A DNA stretch of 32,000 bases from positions 4,380,001-4,412,000 of the forward strand of contig NZ_CP064923.1 in NCBI RefSeq assembly GCF_018336915.1. The letters run 5' to 3'. Made by a program: the position numbers and the translations under genes. This document shows, one piece after another, positions 1 through 7,535 of this stretch (position 1 is the stretch's first letter; the number at the start of each line of letters is the position of its first letter). A model generated the notes under the pieces. The model was not told where the DNA came from and made no database searches. It worked only from the letters and a program-made list of their open reading frames with translations. Origin of the DNA: Acaryochloris marina S15. Its GTDB lineage: Bacteria; Cyanobacteriota; Cyanobacteriia; Thermosynechococcales; Thermosynechococcaceae.

Positions 1-1
1 G

Positions 2-3000
2 TTTCAAGACTTAGATAGTATTCACATCATTTCTCATGGTAGCCAAGGAACAGTCCAACTAGGCAACACAGCTTTAACTCAAAACAACCTCAATACTTAC
101 ACCAATGACCTTGAAATCTGGGGCGAGGCTCTAGCAGACCATGGCGATCTATTGTTTTATGGCTGCAACATTAGCGCTGGTGATGACTTAACCTTCCTGC
201 AAGAGATCAGTACCATCACAGAATCAGATGTTGCTGCCTCAAATGACTTAACGGGTCAAGGGGGAGATTGGTTCTTAGAATCAAGCGTGGGATTGGTAGA
301 AACGACCGTAGCTCTGAGCAGTGCTGGCCAAGTCGCTTATCAAGGAACGCTAGCAACAATTGGTGAAAGTGGCAGGATAGACAATCTCAATCATCAATGG
401 ACTCAGATTACACTCCAAGAAACCTATACAAATCCCGTCGTCATTGCTGGACCACCCTCCTTTAATGGGCCTGATCCTTCAACCGTTCGGATCCGAAATG
501 TAGCCAATAACAGTTTCGAGATTCGCATTGACGAGTGGGAATACCTCGATGAACGACATACCACCGAGTCCCTGGGTTATCTGGTTGTAGAGGAAGGCAC
601 ACATACCCTAGCGGATGGTACCGTCCTCCAGGCTGGGAGCAGCCAGAGCAATAACAACTGGGATTCGATTGATTTTTCTACTGCATTCAATGACACGCCA
701 TTACTATTTGCCCAAACGACTAGCGAAAATGAAGCTGCCGCCGTGGCAGAGCGGCTCAGGAATGTTTCGACCACTGGCTTTGATTTAAGGTTGCAAGAGG
801 AAGAAGCTGCGGATCAAACCCATGCTGTGGAAGCAGTGGATTGGATTGCGATCGCACCCGGTAGCGGCACCTTTAGCAGTGTCCCCTTCATTGCCAATCA
901 AATCTCAAGTAATCATCAAGATTCCACTGCCAGCTTTGATAACGTCTTTAGCGGCAATGATATACCCGTATTTCTAGCTCAATCCAACACCAACAATGGT
1001 GGCGATCCTTTTTCGATTCGTTATCGGACCCTAGACACGACCGGCACCACCCTCTTTTTAGAAGAGGAGCAATCGAGGGAGAGGGAAACTCAGCACGTCT
1101 TTGAAGAGGTCGCTTATTTAGCACTGGGCACTGGATTGTTAGAGGTTCCAGACCCTGTTGTGGAGACCTTTTCCTTAGCTGATACTAATAATCCCATCCT
1201 GGTTAATGAATCGGCTGGCGTTGTCACCATCACAGCCATTCGTTCAGGATCAGCCCTAGCTCCAGCCACCCTTGAGTACACCACCAATGAAGTGGGTAGT
1301 TCAGACACAGCCTTAGCCGACGTAGATTTCATCACTCCCACCTTAAACGGGCGCAGCAATACAGGTGAAATTACTTTTGGCATTGGTGAAACGGTGAAGA
1401 CGTTTACGATCCCCATCATTGATGACGCCCTATTGGAGGGGAACGAAATCTTCTCCGTCGGCATCCAAAACCCCAGCAACGGTGGCTTGGGAGCACCCCG
1501 CACCACCCTGGTTACAATCATTGATGATGATGCAGCTTCCACGTTATCCGTCACGGATACTGCCATTAGCGTGGAAGAAGGAACCGCAACTGCCTCGATC
1601 ACGGTTCAACGGAGCGGCAATAGTTCTAGCACAGCATCCGTTGATTTCAGTACCCGTAACGGCACAGCAGTTGCTGGCGAAGACTATAGGGCAACATCCG
1701 GCACCCTAAACTTTGCCGTCGGCCAAACCACCCAAACCTTGACTATTCCTATCCTCAATGATGTCTTTGTCGAAGGAGACGAGACATTTTCCGTTACCTT
1801 AACTAACCCAAACGGTGGAGCTCTCGGGAATAACATTACCAATATCACCATTCTTGATAATGACTTGGCCTTGGGCAACCTCAATCGCACGACAGCAGTT
1901 TCAGGACTAACACAACCCACCACTCTCGATTGGACACCTGATGGTCGCTATCTGTTGGTTGCTCAAAAGGATGGAGTTGTTCAGGTCATTGATAATGGCG
2001 TGCTCCAATCCACCCCCTTAGTCGATCTATCCAGCCAGGTGAATGACACACGAGATCGCGGCTTACTAGGACTAGCCATTCATCCAGATTTTCCTAATTT
2101 ACCCTATGTCTATTTACTCTATACCTACGATCCACCCGAGACCATTGGCAATACAGGCTTAGCTGCTCCAGATGCCAATGGCAATCGCCCCTCGCGGATG
2201 GTGCGGCTCACGGTCGATCCCACCACAATGGTTGCAGATCCCAATAGCTTAGTTGTCTTAGCTGGCACCAACAGTACCTGGGCCAACACCAGTCAGCCCG
2301 ATAGCAACAGTACGGGCAATCTCTCTATCTCCCCCTCTGGGATTGTCAATGGCACCACCATTACCGCTCCCTCTAGCCAAATTGATCTCGGTAGCCAAGA
2401 TAATGACCCGAATCGTCCAGGGACTCAAAATCAAAATATTCGGGATTACCTAGCCACCGATAGTGAATCCCATTCCATTGGTGACTTAGAATTTGGCCCC
2501 GACGGGTATTTGTATCTCAGCAATGGAGACGGCACCTCCTATAACTTCGTCGATCCTCGTGGGGTTCGAGTCCAGGACATCAACAATCTTTCCGGTAAAG
2601 TGCTCCGCATCGATCCCCTCACAGGTCAAGGGATTTCCACCAATCCCTTCTTTAATGGTGATGCCAACAGCAATCAATCCAAAGTGTTTTATTCAGGACT
2701 CCGTAACCCTTACCGCTTTACCTTTGATCCAGTGACAAACTTACCTGTGATCGGTGATGTGGGCTGGACCCAGTGGGAAGAAATTAATACTGGAATCGCC
2801 GGTTCTAATTTTGGTTGGCCTTACCTAGAAGGCCCCAATCCAACCGGTGGCTATCAAGACTTGTCCCCAGCCATCTCCTTCTACAACAATGGAAATCGAA
2901 ATGATCCTGGAGATGCAGCAGCCATTTTTCCCCTCCTATCCCAGAGTCATGGAGCACCGGATAATGCCAACGCCATTACCGTCGGAGATTTTTACAATAG

Positions 3001-3880
3001 CAATACGCTAATGTTCGGGGATGTCAACAACGGCACCCTCTATGCAGCAACCTTCGATAATAATCGTCAAATTTCGAATGTTCAAGTCTTTGACTCTAAT
3101 ATTCCTTTTGTGGTGGACATGAAGATGGGGCCGGATGGTCGGCTCTATGGCGTAGATCTCGTCTCTGGAGAAATTCTGAAGTGGGAACCTGTTAATCTCA
3201 TCCAATCCCCACAGCCCAATTTATCGGCATCCTTCAATAATTTTGCTAACGTATCTTCCCTCAATCTCAATGGCAGTGCATCAGGAACCAATAGCCGACT
3301 CCGTTTAACACCTGCCAGTAGCAACCGGGCTGGGAGTGCCTTTTTCAATCAGGCCTTTCAGGTAGATGGTAATACTAGCTTCTCAAGCCAGTTCCAGTTC
3401 CAAATTACGGGAGGCCAGGGTACAACTGGTGCTGACGGTTTTAGCTTAGTACTGCAAAATAGCCCTACAGGGAGCAATGCCCTGGGCGGCATTGGTGGTG
3501 GCCTCGGCTATGGAGGCATAACCAATAGTATCGCCATCGAGTTTGATACATTCAATAACGGCGCCATGGAACTCAATAGCAACCATTTATCAATCTTGAG
3601 CAATGGTAGTACCAACAATCCGTTGGCCTCAGTTAATGCTCCCTTTGATCTAAATAGTGGCAATCCTCTCACCGCTTGGGTGAACTATAACGGCACAACC
3701 AATCTCTTACAGGTCTATTTATCCAACACTAATGTCCAACCTGCTGATGCAGTATTATCCACCAACATTGATCTCGCTGGGGCCTTGGGAAATCAAGCTT
3801 TTATCGGATTTACGGCCGGTACCGGCGGACTAGTAAACAGTCATGAGATTCTCAACTGGTCTTTTAACAGTATCGTCTAA
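2..3880 (+). CDS. Large modular secreted or surface protein, 5'-truncated by the window edge. Domain order: DUF4347-like segment, 3x uncharacterised ~75-aa module, 2x Calx-beta, PQQ-type glucose/sorbosone-dehydrogenase-like beta-propeller, C-terminal L-type (legume/ConA-like) lectin domain
   Basis: Frame 2 is open from nt 2 (FQDLDSIHIISHGSQGTVQLGNTAL...), upstream of the TTG at 152 used by the ORF track, so the true start lies outside the window. Calx-beta signatures: GEITFGIGETVKTFTIPIIDDALLEGNEIF and GEDYRATSGTLNFAVGQTTQTLTIPILNDVFVEGDETF. Propeller signatures: LDWTPDGRYLLVAQKDGVVQVID, DRGLLGLAIHPDF, GDLEFGPDGYLYLSNGDG, GLRNPYRFTFDP. Lectin signatures: GADGFSLVLQN, IAIEFDTFNN, AWVNYNG, AFIGFTAGTGG. 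Stop TAA at 3878-3880. Confidence 0.85.
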   Translation, partial: FQDLDSIHIISHGSQGTVQLGNTALTQNNLNTYTNDLEIWGEALADHGDLLFYGCNISAGDDLTFLQEISTITESDVAASNDLTGQGGDWFLESSVGLVETTVALSSAGQVAYQGTLATIGESGRIDNLNHQWTQITLQETYTNPVVIAGPPSFNGPDPSTVRIRNVANNSFEIRIDEWEYLDERHTTESLGYLVVEEGTHTLADGTVLQAGSSQSNNNWDSIDFSTAFNDTPLLFAQTTSENEAAAVAERLRNVSTTGFDLRLQEEEAADQTHAVEAVDWIAIAPGSGTFSSVPFIANQISSNHQDSTASFDNVFSGNDIPVFLAQSNTNNGGDPFSIRYRTLDTTGTTLFLEEEQSRERETQHVFEEVAYLALGTGLLEVPDPVVETFSLADTNNPILVNESAGVVTITAIRSGSALAPATLEYTTNEVGSSDTALADVDFITPTLNGRSNTGEITFGIGETVKTFTIPIIDDALLEGNEIFSVGIQNPSNGGLGAPRTTLVTIIDDDAASTLSVTDTAISVEEGTATASITVQRSGNSSSTASVDFSTRNGTAVAGEDYRATSGTLNFAVGQTTQTLTIPILNDVFVEGDETFSVTLTNPNGGALGNNITNITILDNDLALGNLNRTTAVSGLTQPTTLDWTPDGRYLLVAQKDGVVQVIDNGVLQSTPLVDLSSQVNDTRDRGLLGLAIHPDFPNLPYVYLLYTYDPPETIGNTGLAAPDANGNRPSRMVRLTVDPTTMVADPNSLVVLAGTNSTWANTSQPDSNSTGNLSISPSGIVNGTTITAPSSQIDLGSQDNDPNRPGTQNQNIRDYLATDSESHSIGDLEFGPDGYLYLSNGDGTSYNFVDPRGVRVQDINNLSGKVLRIDPLTGQGISTNPFFNGDANSNQSKVFYSGLRNPYRFTFDPVTNLPVIGDVGWTQWEEINTGIAGSNFGWPYLEGPNPTGGYQDLSPAISFYNNGNRNDPGDAAAIFPLLSQSHGAPDNANAITVGDFYNSNTLMFGDVNNGTLYAATFDNNRQISNVQVFDSNIPFVVDMKMGPDGRLYGVDLVSGEILKWEPVNLIQSPQPNLSASFNNFANVSSLNLNGSASGTNSRLRLTPASSNRAGSAFFNQAFQVDGNTSFSSQFQFQITGGQGTTGADGFSLVLQNSPTGSNALGGIGGGLGYGGITNSIAIEFDTFNNGAMELNSNHLSILSNGSTNNPLASVNAPFDLNSGNPLTAWVNYNGTTNLLQVYLSNTNVQPADAVLSTNIDLAGALGNQAFIGFTAGTGGLVNSHEILNWSFNSIV
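371..1132 (+). repeat. Three tandem copies of a diverged ~75-aa protein module inside the giant CDS (about 371-601, 644-859 and 899-1132)
   Basis: Shared pattern across copies: NPVVIAGPPSFNGPDPSTVRIRNVANNSFEIRIDEWEYLDERHTTESLGYLVVEEG; TPLLFAQTTSENEAAAVAERLRNVSTTGFDLRLQEEEAADQTHAVEAVDWIAIAPG; IPVFLAQSNTNNGGDPFSIRYRTLDTTGTTLFLEEEQSRERETQHVFEEVAYLALG. The repeat is visible at protein level only, and I cannot name the family. Confidence 0.6.
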
Positions 3881-3884
3881 CCTT

Positions 3885-5168
3885 CTAGTGATGGCGGCGT
3901 CGAGCAATGTCCTGAAAACACTGAATATATTGTGTATGCCCTTCAGGAAAAACCACATTCAGCGTCAATGGATCTGCTGTATCTCGATCGTCGCCAGGCC
4001 CCGTTACGACTCGATGGAGTGAGTTGGCCCCTGACTGAGAATCAGATATTCTCTCTAGCTGCAAAGCCTTACGGTTTTTGACCTCGCCGCCACTGCTGTC
4101 AACATAAATCACGATATTATGAGTATCAAATTCCTGACCCAGAGCTTGAATGAGGTGTAAGAAGTTGCGATCGCTTCCCCCTCGTTGAAACCGCAATTCT
4201 CCATTCTCTTCAACCGCCTTGCTGGTGACCGTATCACCCACCCCAATTAGGGTTGGCATGTGAACTGGGTCAAATTTCTCTTTGACTAAATCTACCAGGG
4301 CAGCATGAGATTGTGGAGCTTGACGAGCATTGAAGTCTGGGCCCAAAGGGTACTGTCCGGTTCGTTGGTGATAATAGCGATTCAAAATCGCCAACACCCC
4401 CGCCTCTTTAATGCCGCCTTGCAACATAAATTGAAAATCTGTTGTCCCCGCATCTTCAGCAGTCGCAGGTTGCAAAATTTCATTCCCCTGAGCATCTTTC
4501 CCCAGATTGGGTGCGTAATGCACAAAAAAAGATTTTCCCAGTCCCTGGACTTCTGCCTGTTGCAGTAGCTCTGCTGTCAGCACCTGCATCTCTTGCTGAA
4601 GCTGAGCATAAATCTCAATTTTGTCAGCCAGCAGATCATAAAAGACGTTTAAATTTGCCGTGGGTGAAACGGGATTGTCTAATACGGCTGCCTCGATACA
4701 GGCTGGAATGTTGGGATCATTCTCAGACTGACGTTGAAAAAACTGGTGCAAACGCTGACTAATTTGCTTAGGTACCGCCGCCAAAAAGTCCAATTCCTGG
4801 GAACTAACCCCTGGATGGGACACGGTACCAAATCGATCTTGCCATTGCACGCCTCCGGCTGCGAGACCGGGTAAGTAGAGGCCCTCTTGAGCCACTGTTC
4901 CCGCATCAAATGTCTTCTCAACAATGCGATTGACCCCGCGGTTGCCAATATGTTCGCCATTGGTGAGGACATAAAAATGTCCATCCAGGTGGCGAGCCGC
5001 TCGGACATACGCTGGATCAAGGGTTCGGGTCAGCGGATTTTTCACCAGCCCCATGCACACCCCATCTAAATCTTGAATGATTAACAGATTATTTTGCCGT
5101 TGGCAAAGGTCTATCAAAGCGCCGTGGTCTAGTGACCAGGTTTGCTTAGACAAAGATGGGTTAGTCAT
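3885..5168 (-). CDS. stpA: Glucosylglycerol-phosphate phosphatase (StpA/GgpP family, HAD-like)
   Basis: 427-aa ORF with ATG start. N-terminal LLIIQDLDGVCM (DxDGV nucleophile motif), then FYVLTNGEH, EGLYLPGLAAGGVQWQDRFG, TTDFQFMLQGGIKEAGVLAILNRYYHQRTGQYPLG and GVGDTVTS. These strings match my recollection of Synechocystis StpA nearly residue for residue. The size also fits (~420 aa). Confidence 0.75.
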   Translation of the reverse strand: MTNPSLSKQTWSLDHGALIDLCQRQNNLLIIQDLDGVCMGLVKNPLTRTLDPAYVRAARHLDGHFYVLTNGEHIGNRGVNRIVEKTFDAGTVAQEGLYLPGLAAGGVQWQDRFGTVSHPGVSSQELDFLAAVPKQISQRLHQFFQRQSENDPNIPACIEAAVLDNPVSPTANLNVFYDLLADKIEIYAQLQQEMQVLTAELLQQAEVQGLGKSFFVHYAPNLGKDAQGNEILQPATAEDAGTTDFQFMLQGGIKEAGVLAILNRYYHQRTGQYPLGPDFNARQAPQSHAALVDLVKEKFDPVHMPTLIGVGDTVTSKAVEENGELRFQRGGSDRNFLHLIQALGQEFDTHNIVIYVDSSGGEVKNRKALQLERISDSQSGANSLHRVVTGPGDDRDTADPLTLNVVFPEGHTQYIQCFQDIARRRHH

Positions 5169-5219
5169 GATGGGTGGATAGAGAGATTAAAACGGCTGAA
5201 AGCTTTTTGACTGTTGCCG

Positions 5220-6833
5220 TTAAGCCGTTTTAGCTGGAATTTGCTCCGGTTTGGGAGATTCTTCTGCAGGCTTGACCACAACCCGAGGATGATTTTCCAA
5301 ATGCACAGCTAACTGCGACTCAATTTCCTCCCGGACAATTTGTCGATATTCCATAAAGTGTTCAATAAAAGCAGATGCCGACAGATATCGCGTGAATACT
5401 TGTGGATTCTTTAGGAGAATCCGGAACAAGTTAATCCAGAATTTCCAGCGGGTCTCACGAACCACCCCTTGCCGCCAAGCCAGGGTAGACAAGGCTCGAA
5501 TATCAATCCAACTCACCTTTAGAGAACTTTTACCCGAACCCCCATATTTGGGACGGATCTTCATACTCATAAAATGACGGTAGGTCCGATCCAAATACTT
5601 CACCGGATCATAAATATTGCAGAAGGCTTCTACATATTCATTGGCAATTTCATCAATGGGACGAGTGGGAACATAGTTCATCAATGAGGTTTGATTGCCG
5701 GTTCCTTCTTGGCCTTGGATCAGGCGACCTTCTTTTTCTAGGCGATGCCACAGGGCGGTATTAGGCAAAGCTTGCAACATACTGAATAGGGCAATGGGAA
5801 TATTGGTCTTTTCGACGAAACGGGTAATGCGATCGCCCGCTCCTTTCTTTTCTCCATCAAAACCAATAATGAACCCGGCCATGATCCGTAGCCCTTTCTC
5901 AGACATGGTATCGATGGATTCGCTGAGGGAGTCCCGGGTATTCTGGAACTTCTTGGTTACCTTTAAGCTGTCTTCATCCGGGGTTTCAATCCCCAAGAAC
6001 ACACTATTAAAGTTGCACTCAATCATCAGATCCATCAACTCTTCATCCTGAGCTAAATCAACGGATGCCTCAGTTGCAAAGCTAAAGGGATAATCTTTCT
6101 CAGCCATCCAATCCCGCAGCTCGGTGAGCAGCAGTTTCACATTGCGCTTATTGCCAATGAAGTTGTCATCAACCATAAACACGTTGCCACGCCACCCCAG
6201 CTCACACAACCGATCAAGTTCACCGATCAGTTGCTCAGGAGTTTTGGTTCTAGGCTTGCGACCATAGAGAACAATAATGTCGCAAAATTCACATTGAAAC
6301 GGGCATCCCCGAGAAAACTGCACCGACATATTGTCGTAAGCAGGAAATTTCAGCAGGTCAAAGCGAGGAATGGGCGTATCGGTAACGGCAGGTTTTTCCG
6401 TCGCTCGGTAGATGCCGCTCTCATCTCCACGTTCTATGGCTTCAATGAACATGGGCAGGGTCAGTTCCCCTTCGTCCAAGATCAAGTAGTCCGCACCTAC
6501 GGCCTGCAAATCTTGAGGGACAGACGTGGCAAAAGGTCCACCCACCGCAACTTTCTTGCCGCGGCGATGGGACTCTTCCACGAGGCCCACCATATCTTCT
6601 TTCTGCACAATCATGCCGGATAGAATCACCATCTCAGCCCAGTCCCAGTCTGACTCAGGCACGGCTTCAATATTGCGGTCAATTAGCCGAAACTCCCATT
6701 CTTGGGGCAGAATTGCGGCTACCGTCACTAACCCCAGGGGTGGCAATAATGCTTTTTTGTCAACTAAGGACAAGGTTTTCTCAAATGACCAAAAACTTTT
6801 TGGAAAGAGGGGGTATATCAGTAAAACTCTCAT
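5220..6833 (-). CDS. B12-binding-domain radical SAM protein (BchE-like orphan class with a DUF4070-type C-terminal region), function unknown
   Basis: 537-aa ORF with ATG start and AGGAG about 15 nt upstream. N-terminal Rossmann-like B12-binding region (MRVLLIYPLFP...LGLVTVAAILP...VILSGMIVQ...KVAVGGPFAT). Radical SAM cluster motif FSRGCPFQCEFCDI (CxxxCxxC). Long C-terminal extension. Confidence 0.8.
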   Translation of the reverse strand: MRVLLIYPLFPKSFWSFEKTLSLVDKKALLPPLGLVTVAAILPQEWEFRLIDRNIEAVPESDWDWAEMVILSGMIVQKEDMVGLVEESHRRGKKVAVGGPFATSVPQDLQAVGADYLILDEGELTLPMFIEAIERGDESGIYRATEKPAVTDTPIPRFDLLKFPAYDNMSVQFSRGCPFQCEFCDIIVLYGRKPRTKTPEQLIGELDRLCELGWRGNVFMVDDNFIGNKRNVKLLLTELRDWMAEKDYPFSFATEASVDLAQDEELMDLMIECNFNSVFLGIETPDEDSLKVTKKFQNTRDSLSESIDTMSEKGLRIMAGFIIGFDGEKKGAGDRITRFVEKTNIPIALFSMLQALPNTALWHRLEKEGRLIQGQEGTGNQTSLMNYVPTRPIDEIANEYVEAFCNIYDPVKYLDRTYRHFMSMKIRPKYGGSGKSSLKVSWIDIRALSTLAWRQGVVRETRWKFWINLFRILLKNPQVFTRYLSASAFIEHFMEYRQIVREEIESQLAVHLENHPRVVVKPAEESPKPEQIPAKTA

Positions 6834-6983
6834 AGAGTGGTCACATCTCCTAAGTCCAAATACAAAGAATCTTAACGCTTATTTGTCTTTTGTGCTGAGA
6901 GTAGATTTAACCTTAGGCATTGACTAAATTTAATCCTAATTTCTCAGGTTTGTCGGGTGCATTGTCAATTTTGTCAACTAGGG

Positions 6984-7535
6984 TTATGCCTTTAAACCCA
7001 ACTGTCTACGCACCCATGTCGCCCCCATAAATAGTAACGGTGTCACAATTGCTCCTGTTAGCACCAAATGGAGAGGAAAGTGAAAATAGAAAAACCATAG
7101 GATCAGCACTCCATAGGTGGAATCCATATGATCAATGACATAGAAAAGTTTGTTGTTTTCATCCCCAGGGGGAATCTCCAACCGTCGTTTCACGAAGGAA
7201 TTGGGTAACTCGGATAGGTTAAAAATAAAGCCAACTAACAATCCATATTCGAGAAAATTAAAGTTGGAGAGTTGAATCTGCAGACCTGAGTTTGAGAAAA
7301 ATTGAGCCTCAAAGACCTGCAGAAAAAAGGTACTAACAACACAGGTTAATGGTAAGCTAATCAATCCTCTCCAGCGTTTATTAGCGCCAAACCATTGGGT
7401 CTGGATCGGTATATTTACAAGTTCAAAAGGTTTCGTCTTCCAAAGAAACGCCTCTAAAACTCCAGCTAGGAATAGCCCAACCCCAAGCCATAAAATATTT
7501 AAAGCATCTTGGGCAAAGTGAGTCCAGAAAAGCAT
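6984..7535 (-). CDS. CarS-family (CDP-archaeol synthase-like, DUF46) polytopic membrane protein. Putative CTP-dependent lipid-phosphate cytidylyltransferase or CTP-dependent lipid kinase
   Basis: 183 aa and strongly hydrophobic with several predicted TM segments. It contains the two motifs I associate with the CarS family: FGANKRWRG (compare GDGKTWRG) and NSFVKRRLEIPPGD...VIDHMDS (compare GSFIKRRxGxxRG...DQLD). ATG start at 7533-7535 (minus strand). Confidence 0.65.
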   Translation of the reverse strand: MLFWTHFAQDALNILWLGVGLFLAGVLEAFLWKTKPFELVNIPIQTQWFGANKRWRGLISLPLTCVVSTFFLQVFEAQFFSNSGLQIQLSNFNFLEYGLLVGFIFNLSELPNSFVKRRLEIPPGDENNKLFYVIDHMDSTYGVLILWFFYFHFPLHLVLTGAIVTPLLFMGATWVRRQLGLKA

